Notes under the pieces: model-generated
What the model saw: only the letters and a program-made list of their open reading frames with translations
What the model was told of the DNA's origin: nothing
The model's database searches: none
Translations under genes and position numbers: made by a program
Source of the DNA: a virus
Reading direction: 5' to 3' (one strand)
IMG/VR virus record: IMGVR_UViG_3300001041_000017
Coordinates: 1-64,000 of that record
DNA: 64,000 bases
Shown: positions 45,895 through 55,038 of the stretch, piece after piece
How the letters are laid out: each line of letters opens with the position of its first letter
Position numbering within the stretch: the stretch's first letter is position 1

Positions 45895-48189
45895 ATGGCT
45901 ATATATGAATCTTTATCAACAGCAGGAATAAGGATTAAAGAAAGTCATTTATCAGAAAATTCTCAGGCAGAAATTAGAAACGTCACTACTATGGACGTTT
46001 CTTTTTCTGTTCCTTTTGGATTAGATTCAAATACAAAAGGGTCTACTGGATTCATAAAAGAAAGACTAGAAACAATCTCCAAAGCTTTACTTGATATGAC
46101 CAATCATAAAACTCATTCATCTTCTTTTATTTCCTACAAAAATAAATTTCCTAGTTGGGCAAGAATCGTAGGAATGACGGAAATGGATCTAAATTATAAC
46201 TTGATCCAATTTCCTGTTTATAAAATTAATAGTTATATAACAAAAGATGCTTTCGTAAGACAATCAAGGCCTAGAAGTAATTACGGATACTATGAAAATA
46301 TGTCTTTGGGACAATCTCTTGATGGAGAATATGTTGTCTTACTACAAGCTGACGTATCTCAGATTTTAGATTTAGATTTAGAGAGAGAATCTTTAGAGAT
46401 AAGGAAAGCACATCTCTTTTTATACTTTCCAATGTTTGATAGCTATTTAGAAAAACCAGAAGTTGAAGTTTATGAAATAGATAGAGACTGGCAAGAAAAT
46501 AGTGTTACTTGGGCTGAAAGTTTAGCTTTCAACTTAACCTATGTCTTCAACTTCAACATAGTATCTCAGGTTAATAGGGTTAATATTTTAGACTATCTAA
46601 AAGATCTGAAAAGTAGAGGAAAGACAGTAGTAAATATTTTATTAAAAACAAAAGTAAATAAAACTTTTTCAATATCAGCTAAAGAAACAGAAGATCTTAT
46701 TATTTCTCCAAAAATAGAATTTGAGTTTAGAGATTTCTTGGAACCTATTTTTTATGGTTCAAAAAATAAAGTGGGAACATCGGTGATAAGGAGGAAGGAT
46801 AAACTTGATTTAGAATATTGCACATCAAGAATAATTTCAGAATATCAGAGAGATTCAGAAGATATTTCTGGAACAGCATTACTAAAAGAATTGAGAGGAG
46901 ATTCAGATCTTTCTTCTCAGATAAGTCTATCAAATTACGATGGTTCTACGGTTGTTTCTATGGCCGGAATCAGGCTATCAAATAAGATTTGCACAGTAAA
47001 TATAGTAGTCTCTTCAAGAATACCTTCTGGGGCTATTATAACGTCTAAAACAAATTACAATATGAATTCCTTTGCCGGAATTAGAGGTTCTAATAAAATT
47101 TCTACAGCTAAATTGAAAAGCTCTAATAGTATTCATGGGGCAGCCTTTATAAGAGAAAGAGAAAAGGATGAAATAATTTCAGGAATAAAAATAGTAGGAC
47201 AATTAAATCAAAAAATTTCTACAGCTAAATTTAGATATTTCTCTGGAATGATTTCAGATGCAAGAATCAGAGTAAAAACTAATTCTGACGAAACATCAAA
47301 TTTGGTTGTTAGGAGATCTTCTAAGCAAGACACTCTAAGTATGGCAAAAATAATTTATATTGAAAATATGAATAGCGAAGCCGTTATAAGGGCTATAAAA
47401 AACTATGATTTTAATGGGAAAGGTTTTATTTATGCTGAAGTCCTTAATTCAATAAATTCTAATGCAATCATTAGACGTAAGGATTTTAAAGACATAACTT
47501 CATCCTCTTCTCTTAAAGTAATAAGTAATAAAGAATCAAATGGTTTTATTAGAATTTCAGAAACAAAAAACGAAAAAAGTTCAGCAATTATTCGGAGAGA
47601 AGAACAAAAAGATATAATTTCTGAGTCTATATTGAAGCAAATTTTAGAAACAAATTCAACAGCAGAAATAAGAGGTTTTAATTATCATAATGAATTTAGT
47701 TCTGCTGAAATAAGAATCGAAGAAAGAAAAGATTTAATTTCAGAAACCACTTTAAAAATATTCCTGGATGGAAATTCTACAGCCAAATTAGTTTATCCGG
47801 CTGACGAAGATTATTTTGGAAATTCAATTATTAGAAGAAAAGATTCTTCTGAAGAAGAATGTATAGCTACAATTTCAGTACAAAAGTTTTCTGATAGAGC
47901 AGGTAAAGTAAAAATAACAATCATAAACCAATTTAATTCTAATGATATTCCAGCACAAGCATTTATAAGAGTAGATACTTTTAATAGCGATATAATTTCT
48001 GGTATGAAAATAAGACAAGAGGATTTATTGGATACTGTTTCAAATGTTATTATAAGATCTCAAGAGTCTAGAGAAATCAAGGGATCTGTTATAATTATGG
48101 CGAAAAGACACTGGATACCGAATAGGCAAGGTTACGACATTTTTAGTTTTGAAGACAGAAAACTGCCTAGACAATATAAATATAAATAG
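45895..48189 (+). CDS. DNRLRE-like carbohydrate-binding protein with repetitive beta-strand shaft
   Basis: KDAFVRQSRPRSNYG, DWQENSVTW; repeats such as SSAIIRREEQKDIIS. Confidence 0.7.
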   Translation: MAIYESLSTAGIRIKESHLSENSQAEIRNVTTMDVSFSVPFGLDSNTKGSTGFIKERLETISKALLDMTNHKTHSSSFISYKNKFPSWARIVGMTEMDLNYNLIQFPVYKINSYITKDAFVRQSRPRSNYGYYENMSLGQSLDGEYVVLLQADVSQILDLDLERESLEIRKAHLFLYFPMFDSYLEKPEVEVYEIDRDWQENSVTWAESLAFNLTYVFNFNIVSQVNRVNILDYLKDLKSRGKTVVNILLKTKVNKTFSISAKETEDLIISPKIEFEFRDFLEPIFYGSKNKVGTSVIRRKDKLDLEYCTSRIISEYQRDSEDISGTALLKELRGDSDLSSQISLSNYDGSTVVSMAGIRLSNKICTVNIVVSSRIPSGAIITSKTNYNMNSFAGIRGSNKISTAKLKSSNSIHGAAFIREREKDEIISGIKIVGQLNQKISTAKFRYFSGMISDARIRVKTNSDETSNLVVRRSSKQDTLSMAKIIYIENMNSEAVIRAIKNYDFNGKGFIYAEVLNSINSNAIIRRKDFKDITSSSSLKVISNKESNGFIRISETKNEKSSAIIRREEQKDIISESILKQILETNSTAEIRGFNYHNEFSSAEIRIEERKDLISETTLKIFLDGNSTAKLVYPADEDYFGNSIIRRKDSSEEECIATISVQKFSDRAGKVKITIINQFNSNDIPAQAFIRVDTFNSDIISGMKIRQEDLLDTVSNVIIRSQESREIKGSVIIMAKRHWIPNRQGYDIFSFEDRKLPRQYKYK

Positions 48190-48209
48190 ATTAGAGAAGA
48201 GGGATTATA

Positions 48210-48584
48210 ATGTCTAGTGAAGAAGTGATTTTAAAAACCTTTCTCCAGCAATATCAGCAATCTCTTGATATGTTTGGAGATAACTTTAAACGAGTTCACG
48301 AAAGGTTGGACGACATGGTTAACAAACAGTTTGTCCCTCTTAGTCAATGTGAAAAGTATAGGGGAACTTGTTCTTTCGAAAAAGGTATTACAGAATTGAA
48401 AAATGATTTCAATAGTGAGTTAGATGAAATTAAGACGAATGTAAAAACAATGCAAGAAGAAATATCAAAAAAGGTTTCAGAAATAAAAGTAGGTTGGCCT
48501 CCTTGGATTACAATAACAACTAATATTTTATCAACACTACTAACAGCATTGATTATTTATATTTTAACTACAAAAGGGCATTAG
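48210..48584 (+). CDS. XhlA-like coiled-coil membrane protein (lysis-associated)
   Basis: Coiled coil plus a single C-terminal TM helix. Confidence 0.6.
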   Translation: MSSEEVILKTFLQQYQQSLDMFGDNFKRVHERLDDMVNKQFVPLSQCEKYRGTCSFEKGITELKNDFNSELDEIKTNVKTMQEEISKKVSEIKVGWPPWITITTNILSTLLTALIIYILTTKGH

Positions 48585-48596
48585 GGGGTTTGTTTA

Positions 48597-48923
48597 ATGG
48601 AGAACTTACTTTTAAACTCAAAAATATCAGTATCAACAGTAATAGTATTTTTAAATGCTTTAGGATATTTATTCAGATTTCATACCAACAAATTAAATAA
48701 CAAATATATACCTTGGGTTATGGCTGGGATAGGTGTAATTGTTGGTTTGTTATCTTTTAGAACGATAGACGGGGCTGTGGAAGGGATGGTGATGGGATTG
48801 GCCTCTGTTGGTATTCATGGTCTTAGAAGTGGTATTGTTTTTGAAAGTACCACAAAAGAAATTGTAGCAGAAAAACCTAAAGAAGAAATTAGAACTACAA
48901 AAGTTATTGATGATCAAAATTAA
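48597..48923 (+). CDS. Holin
   Basis: Three hydrophobic segments; NKYIPWV; GLASVGIH; charged C-terminal tail. Confidence 0.8.
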   Translation: MENLLLNSKISVSTVIVFLNALGYLFRFHTNKLNNKYIPWVMAGIGVIVGLLSFRTIDGAVEGMVMGLASVGIHGLRSGIVFESTTKEIVAEKPKEEIRTTKVIDDQN

Positions 48924-49012
48924 AGTTGATTTTCTTTTAGAGTTACTATATATTTATATTTAAGATTCAAACCAATACAGAATTTCTTATTATGGAGATT
49001 AGAAATTCTGGG

Positions 49013-49045
49013 GAGAACAGTTTTGCACAACTGTTCTCTTTTTTT
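49013..49045 (+). terminator. Terminator at end of the late region
   Basis: GAGAACAGTT-TTGCAC-AACTGTTCTC plus T7. Confidence 0.85.
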
Positions 49046-49091
49046 ATTTGTAAAAGTATTTAGATATAATAATAGTTAGGAATATTTAAAA

Positions 49092-49107
49092 TGTTCTACG
49101 TGGAACA
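49092..49107. promoter_or_regulatory. parS-like site
   Basis: TGTTCTACGTGGAACA, 15/16 to TGTTCCACGTGGAACA; intergenic. Confidence 0.6.
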
Positions 49108-49138
49108 ATTACTTTGTTATAGAAGATAATTTGAGGAA

Positions 49139-50584
49139 GTGATTTATTTGATAGAGTTAATCATTAAGGATAAAATCAAAATACCCTTAAAAAGTCTTTC
49201 AAAGACCTTAATCAAAGAATTGAAAGATATGTTTACTATGAAGAACCCTACATATTACAAAATGAGAGCTGCCGGATTTAGACCTACTGAAAATCAGTAC
49301 ATAAGAACTTTTGAGATTGATAAAAAATTCATATCTTTACCCAGAGGCTCCTTCCAGGAAATACTTAATATTTTTGAAAGAGAAAAGTTGAAGTTTAAAA
49401 TAATTGATCAGCGAATAGTCAAACCTTTTAAGTTTAAGTCAACTATTAAACTAAAAGAGTATCAACTAGAACCAGTTAACGAGGCTGTAAAAGCTGAACA
49501 AGGAATCATTAAGGGTGTTTGTTCAAGCGGAAAAACAATAATGTTAATTCAAACTATGGTTCAACTTGGTCAGAGAACTTTGATTATTGTTCCGACTAAA
49601 AAATTACAGGATCAATGGGTTAAGAATTTGAAGGGTTTAATATCAACTTCTGAATCAACGACAACGCCCCTGATAGCCTCTTACGGAGGAGGCAAGAAGG
49701 AGATAGGAATAGTTACTGTTGGAATCATAAATAGTGTCTCTAAAGACGTTAAAAAACTATCCGATATTTTTGGAACTGTTATTGGTGATGAGATACATCG
49801 AGCAGCAGCTCCAATGTTTCTAAACATAGTAAATCATATGAAAGCAAAATATAGGATAGGTGGTACAGCTACTCCCTACAGAAAAGATGGAAAGCAATTC
49901 TTAATGTTTCAAACATTTGGACCGGTTGTAGCCTCAGTAGAAGATTCAGACCTGGAGGAAGCCGGAGATGCAATGGAGGTAGAAATAAGAGTAATCCCAA
50001 CAGATTTTTATTACGATCCCAAAGAAATAGGTGAAGAATACGAAAGAATAGATTATAATGAATTTCTGAATCAGATTGTTAACGATGAAGAAAGAAACCA
50101 ATTAATTTTTAGATTTCTAAAGAAAGAATATGATAAAGGAAATTACTCTATTCTTCTGGCTGATAGATTAGAATTCTGCCATAATTGGAAAGAAGAATTG
50201 AAGAAACAAGGAATTAAAGCTAAACTAGCAATCGGAGGTCTTGAAGAAGAATATAAATTAGCACAGAGATTGATTGAGAAGGGTAAACTAAGGGTTCTAA
50301 TTGGCACGGCAGTAGCAGACGAGGGGTTAGACATAAGTCAGCTTAATAGGGGCTTTATTTGTACCCCTACAGTTAACAATAAGAGAAGGATAGTTCAACA
50401 GGCCGGACGTATGAAGCGGAGACATCCAGGTAAAGTTGATGCTATATGTTATTACGTCTGGGACAAGAATGTTTTTGATGATTCAGTTCTGGATAAATTA
50501 AAAAGTTATTTCAAGACTGTTAAAGTTTTTTCTTTAGGCAAGTGGTATTCGGTGAGAAATTATAAAAAGATTTTGATATATTAA
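49139..50584 (+). CDS. SF2 DEAD/DEAH-box helicase (UvsW/ResIII-like)
   Basis: LKEYQ, SSGKT, GDEIH, GTATPYRKDG, EGLDI, QQAGRMKR. Confidence 0.9.
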   Translation: MIYLIELIIKDKIKIPLKSLSKTLIKELKDMFTMKNPTYYKMRAAGFRPTENQYIRTFEIDKKFISLPRGSFQEILNIFEREKLKFKIIDQRIVKPFKFKSTIKLKEYQLEPVNEAVKAEQGIIKGVCSSGKTIMLIQTMVQLGQRTLIIVPTKKLQDQWVKNLKGLISTSESTTTPLIASYGGGKKEIGIVTVGIINSVSKDVKKLSDIFGTVIGDEIHRAAAPMFLNIVNHMKAKYRIGGTATPYRKDGKQFLMFQTFGPVVASVEDSDLEEAGDAMEVEIRVIPTDFYYDPKEIGEEYERIDYNEFLNQIVNDEERNQLIFRFLKKEYDKGNYSILLADRLEFCHNWKEELKKQGIKAKLAIGGLEEEYKLAQRLIEKGKLRVLIGTAVADEGLDISQLNRGFICTPTVNNKRRIVQQAGRMKRRHPGKVDAICYYVWDKNVFDDSVLDKLKSYFKTVKVFSLGKWYSVRNYKKILIY

Positions 50585-50648
50585 AAGAAGGAAGATTATT
50601 GGCATGATCATTCCCGTCCTCCTTTCTTTTAATATATCTCTTATGGAA

Positions 50649-50688
50649 AACTTCTGAGACTTGATAAACCTCAGAAGTTATTTTTTTC
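50649..50688 (+). terminator. Intrinsic terminator
   Basis: AACTTCTGAG...CTCAGAAGTT plus T tract. Confidence 0.8.
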
Positions 50689-50758
50689 TGGTTTAAAGAC
50701 GAATAACAGATTTAAGTTTTCCATACTTCCGTTAAACTTATAGAAGAACAATTAAGGA

Positions 50759-51034
50759 GTGATTTTATTGAATTATATTGAAGACCCTTTTTTATCTATG
50801 AAATCTAAAGGAGTATTGGACTGTATTATTTTATTAAGAAAAAAAGGAGAAATAATAAGTGTTTCTAATATTGGAAACATGGGAACAGATAAAAAGACAT
50901 CTGTTAGAACATCTATAAAAGAATTAATTGATAATGAGTATATTTATAAAGAAAGAGCCAAAACAGAAGACGGAAGATATTCTGGTTGGAATTATTATTT
51001 AACATCAAAATGTTATCCTAAAAAGAAAAAATAG
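50759..51034 (+). CDS. Winged-HTH protein (replication-initiator N-terminal-like)
   Basis: LSMKSKGVL, SVRTSIKELIDNEYI, GRYSGWNY. Confidence 0.7.
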   Translation: MILLNYIEDPFLSMKSKGVLDCIILLRKKGEIISVSNIGNMGTDKKTSVRTSIKELIDNEYIYKERAKTEDGRYSGWNYYLTSKCYPKKKK

Positions 51035-52219
51035 GTGAAATATATGAATAATAAATGTTTACTATATGAAAAAGGACCATACTTTACTGGTTGTTTTGCT
51101 ATTTTTGAAACAGATTGGTCTTTATCTGAAAGAATGGTTTATATATATTTATTTAGTTTACAAAGTGAATTTAAAAAAGTCTTTCCTAGTTATCAAACTA
51201 TAGCTGATAGATGTTTGATTAGCAGAAGAACAGCTATCTCTGCAATTCAAAAATTAGAAAGTATAGGAATAATAGAAAAAACAACGAGTGTAGATTATAA
51301 TGGTATAAATAATTCTAATAGTTATATTATTCAAGATATTTTTACAGACGAATATATAGTCAGAGTCTCTAGCAGAATGGGGGTTAACAGAACAGAAGTC
51401 GGAGATTCTAATATAGTGAAATCATTTCACTATGAAAATAAAAAAAGTAAGAAAAAAGCCATTTCACCACCAAAGAGTAAAAAACCTATGAGTACCAAGA
51501 AGGTTGGTGGTGATCTCAGATCACCCAATATCTCTTTTAACAATACTAATAATATTTCTATTAATAATAAAGAAATAGATAATAATAAGATACGAAGTAC
51601 AGAGCCAGCAAAAATGAAAAAAATTAAATATGCAAAAAAAGAAAATTCTATCTCTGGTAATTCTAAAAACAAAACTTCAGCTTTAGATCAGTTTCAAAAA
51701 CTGAGACAAACTGAATCGAAAAGCAACACAAGAAAAGAAACAATAGAAAAATTTAAAAAGTATCCAAGTAAAAGATTTATTTCTTGGAAGATTAAAGAAC
51801 CTTCCAAATGGAACAAGTTAGAGATGTTAGGGTTCTACCTATCTACTTGGTTAGAATTTAGCGAATCAGAAGATCCAGAATTCAAAAGAAACAGCAGATT
51901 CTCAAAAGAAAGTCATTTACTTGGATTATTTGTAGAAAAATTTTTTGATGGAAACAAAGAAGAATTTAAGAAATATACTCTCTGGTGTTTTGATTATATT
52001 TTCAACTCTGGAGATAGTGACTGGATTCAAAATGCAGGATTTTATAAAATATATTCTAATTATAATAATTTATTTTGGAAAACTTTCAAAACTTCCAAAA
52101 ATAAATCTAGTAAGAAAAATAAGAAAGATACTTCTTGGGGAAATGTTGAAACATGGAGATCTAAATATAAAGATTTAGATGAGTTAAAACCTCAAATGGG
52201 AGTCAGGAAGAAAACCTAG
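51035..52219 (+). CDS. Replication initiator with N-terminal wHTH
   Basis: FPSYQTIADRCLISRRTAISAIQKLESIGII; upstream of dnaC and dnaB. Confidence 0.8.
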   Translation: MKYMNNKCLLYEKGPYFTGCFAIFETDWSLSERMVYIYLFSLQSEFKKVFPSYQTIADRCLISRRTAISAIQKLESIGIIEKTTSVDYNGINNSNSYIIQDIFTDEYIVRVSSRMGVNRTEVGDSNIVKSFHYENKKSKKKAISPPKSKKPMSTKKVGGDLRSPNISFNNTNNISINNKEIDNNKIRSTEPAKMKKIKYAKKENSISGNSKNKTSALDQFQKLRQTESKSNTRKETIEKFKKYPSKRFISWKIKEPSKWNKLEMLGFYLSTWLEFSESEDPEFKRNSRFSKESHLLGLFVEKFFDGNKEEFKKYTLWCFDYIFNSGDSDWIQNAGFYKIYSNYNNLFWKTFKTSKNKSSKKNKKDTSWGNVETWRSKYKDLDELKPQMGVRKKT

Positions 52220-52354
52220 ACTTATAATTTGATATTAGAATACAACTACAACGTGTCCTACATTCTTTAATTTATGAGCAAACATCATTTAGGTACGAAT
52301 TTACCTTTAAATCTAAAATAAGCCTTCTAAGGCTTTTAAAAAGGAGATGTTATT

Positions 52355-53011
52355 TTGTTAACAGAAGAGCTACGAAACAACTCTTGGTTTAGAAATTGTC
52401 ATTTTTCAAACATTCCAAAAAAATTCATAAATTCTAAGTTAGATGATTTTCGTATTTTAGGAAAAAATAAAGAAAAAAAATTAAATCAAGAAAGTTTAAA
52501 ATCGGTAAAATTATATATAGAAAACTTAGAAGAAAATATTATCAACGGAAAAGGAATTATTTTATGCGGACCCTTTGGAGTTGGCAAAACAATGCTTCTT
52601 TCAATAATAGCTATGAATATTTTGAAAAGTTTATCTAGGGTAAACGCAAAAATTAGAAATGAGAAAGATATTTTTGAAAATAAATCATACTTTATTTTAG
52701 CAAACACATTAATAGATTTGGTTTTCAGATCAAATCTTACTGACAAAGAATTGAAAATGAGAAGTAAGATAAAAGATATCTCCGCTTTATTTATTGATGA
52801 CTTACTGAAATTCAAGAAAACAAAAAGTGAGGTCGAGTTAGATTTCCTGGATGAAATTTTAAGAACAAGACATCATAATAATTTAATCACTTGCATGACT
52901 ATTCAGGTAGGTTCATCTGAATTGGATAAATGGTTGCCAGAAAATATAATTGAGTTATTAGAAAACTTTGTAGTTCTAAATTTCGTTGGAGATAGTCAAC
53001 GTGGGAAGTAA
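52355..53011 (+). CDS. dnaC: DnaC/IstB-like helicase loader ATPase
   Basis: GPFGVGKT; LFIDDL. Confidence 0.85.
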   Translation: MLTEELRNNSWFRNCHFSNIPKKFINSKLDDFRILGKNKEKKLNQESLKSVKLYIENLEENIINGKGIILCGPFGVGKTMLLSIIAMNILKSLSRVNAKIRNEKDIFENKSYFILANTLIDLVFRSNLTDKELKMRSKIKDISALFIDDLLKFKKTKSEVELDFLDEILRTRHHNNLITCMTIQVGSSELDKWLPENIIELLENFVVLNFVGDSQRGK

Positions 53012-54329
53012 AGTAATAAACCATAATGTTAGGAATGAACAAATAGTTCTTTCTAGTATGATTCAATCACCAAAACATAGAAGAAAGTTTACAAAACTTC
53101 TTCAAGAAAGAAATTTCATAGGTAAAAAACACAAGACAATATTCACGGCTCTAAAAATAATCGGAGAAAGAAATATGAAATTTGACGAAGATACTCTAGA
53201 TCAGATTATTGGAGATGAAGAATATGGTGGATATAAATACATCCGAAAACTGAAAGATTTATTTGGAAAAAACGATAACATAGAATTTCACATCAAAAAA
53301 CTATTAGAGGATTCCGTTAGAATTAATTTATTAGAAAAACGAGGAACGAAATTTTATGAAATGTTGGAAGATCCCAGAACCGAAATTGAGGACCTTCTAA
53401 AAATAACATCAAAAATAAATCAAGAATTAAGAAGCGGAAGAACTCTAAACAAAACTAAATCAGGAAAACAATTAAACGAAATCTATATGAGAGATTTTAC
53501 GGAAAGAAGAAAGAAGAGTATTTTCGTCCCAACACATTTAGGAGATGATTTTGATTCTGGACTAACTGAAGGGTTAGCAAGAAAAAGAGTTTCAATCTGG
53601 GCTGGCCGTCCTAGTATGGGTAAAACTACAGTCGTTGCAAACGTAATAAATAGATTAATCAATAACGGAAAGAAAGTTTTAGCTGCCCCAATTGAGGGAG
53701 GGGATGTTTCATTTCTGGATGCACTTTTAGCAATGAGAACCGAGATTACTTTAGATGAGTTAATAAAATTCCCTCACGTTATGAAAAAGAAAAGAGTATG
53801 TAGAGTTAAGAGAACCATGATTGAAATTACAAATAACAAAAACTTAGTTCTGTTAGATGATCCAGATACAACTCTGGATGAGATAGGAGTAATTTTGGAA
53901 GAAGGAAATTTTGATGCTTGTTTCATAGATCGTTTTGAAAATCTGAGAGATATAAACTCAGACAGAGAAACGCTAGATAGAAAGTTGAAACAAGTTCAAA
54001 ATATGAGTAAGGCTATAGACGTACATATTGGCTTATTAAGCCAGATAAAAAGACTTGGGGATAGTTTTACAAAAAAAGATAAAAGACCGACTCTGGAACA
54101 GCTAAAGAACGCTGGAGCATATGAAGAGATAGCGGATCTTATATTTCTAATCTACCGTCATAAATATTATAACCCCTGGGTAGAAGAGGATATAGTTGAG
54201 ATTAACGCTGCCAAACAAAGAAGAGGGAAACAGAACCATATTGGGTACATAGAATTTCATGGGAACATATCAAAGCTAGGTGAGGAAAGAGAACCGGAAA
54301 ACGAAAATACTGAGAATGAAGTTTTCTAA
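52986..54329 (+). CDS. dnaB: Replicative DNA helicase
   Basis: AGRPSMGKT, LLSQIKR, RPTLEQLK.AG.YEE.AD, AKQRRG. Confidence 0.92.
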   Translation: MEIVNVGSKVINHNVRNEQIVLSSMIQSPKHRRKFTKLLQERNFIGKKHKTIFTALKIIGERNMKFDEDTLDQIIGDEEYGGYKYIRKLKDLFGKNDNIEFHIKKLLEDSVRINLLEKRGTKFYEMLEDPRTEIEDLLKITSKINQELRSGRTLNKTKSGKQLNEIYMRDFTERRKKSIFVPTHLGDDFDSGLTEGLARKRVSIWAGRPSMGKTTVVANVINRLINNGKKVLAAPIEGGDVSFLDALLAMRTEITLDELIKFPHVMKKKRVCRVKRTMIEITNNKNLVLLDDPDTTLDEIGVILEEGNFDACFIDRFENLRDINSDRETLDRKLKQVQNMSKAIDVHIGLLSQIKRLGDSFTKKDKRPTLEQLKNAGAYEEIADLIFLIYRHKYYNPWVEEDIVEINAAKQRRGKQNHIGYIEFHGNISKLGEEREPENENTENEVF

Positions 54330-54339
54330 AATATCTTTA

Positions 54340-54368
54340 TTGACAAGGTATTTTGTATGATTTATAAT
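54340..54368 (+). promoter_or_regulatory. Consensus sigmaA promoter
   Basis: TTGACA-17-TATAAT, perfect match. Confidence 0.85.
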
Positions 54369-54398
54369 GTATAAAAATCATATAGGCGGTGAAAATTT

Positions 54399-54644
54399 AT
54401 GGAAAAATCCTGCGAGGAAAAGTTGTTTCTACTTCAGGAAAAACACAATAAAGTATTAAGAAGTCTTCAGGATCTTACGGAGTGTCTGAAACTGGCTGTT
54501 AAAGAAAGGGATTATCTAATAAATCAAAGGGAAGAAATTAATAGAATGTTAGATCTTTTAGGCGTTCCGAGAGAATTGAACGGAGATCCTCTTACTATTC
54601 CTAATCGTTTAAAAGAAGTATCTCCTCTTTATAAAGAAAAGTAA
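54399..54644 (+). CDS. Small coiled-coil protein (moron-like)
   Basis: Own sigmaA promoter and a downstream hairpin. Confidence 0.7.
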   Translation: MEKSCEEKLFLLQEKHNKVLRSLQDLTECLKLAVKERDYLINQREEINRMLDLLGVPRELNGDPLTIPNRLKEVSPLYKEK

Positions 54645-54711
54645 AAATAATCCCGACTGTTCATTTAAAAAAGTGTTGGGTGTGAAAAGTATTTGAAAAA
54701 GTAAAAACAAT

Positions 54712-54764
54712 TAAAAGTACGCCGTGTAGAAAAGGTTTAACCTTTTCTACACGGCGTACTTTTA
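54712..54764. repeat. Perfect 53-bp palindrome (26-bp arms, 1-nt centre)
   Basis: TAAAAGTACGCCGTGTAGAAAAGGTT-T-AACCTTTTCTACACGGCGTACTTTTA. Confidence 0.95.
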
Positions 54765-54774
54765 TTTTCAAAAC

Positions 54775-54815
54775 AAGGGAAATTACCTTAACTGATTAGA
54801 TATATTAAAGATAAG
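54775..54815 (+). promoter_or_regulatory. Phage-type promoter, copy 3
   Basis: AAGGGAAA-N16-GATATATTAAAGATAAG; spacer nearly identical to copy 1. Confidence 0.65.
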
Positions 54816-54837
54816 AGATAAAATTATTAAAGAAGGG

Positions 54838-55038
54838 GTGTTAATTTTGAAAAAGGAAAGATGGAAAAAATTAAGTAAGAAAGATCAAAGAAAGAAAAGG
54901 CTTAGTCGTTGCAATTTTATGGAGAGAGATAGTAATATCGGATATATGAAAGACTTTATAAAATCCGGTCTAGCCAAAAGTTTAGATTTAGAAAACATAA
55001 CCTATCCTATAAATTCTGCTGGAAAACTGACTTATTAA
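54838..55038 (+). CDS. Small basic hypothetical protein
   Basis: ORF between promoter and primase. Confidence 0.55.
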   Translation: MLILKKERWKKLSKKDQRKKRLSRCNFMERDSNIGYMKDFIKSGLAKSLDLENITYPINSAGKLTY

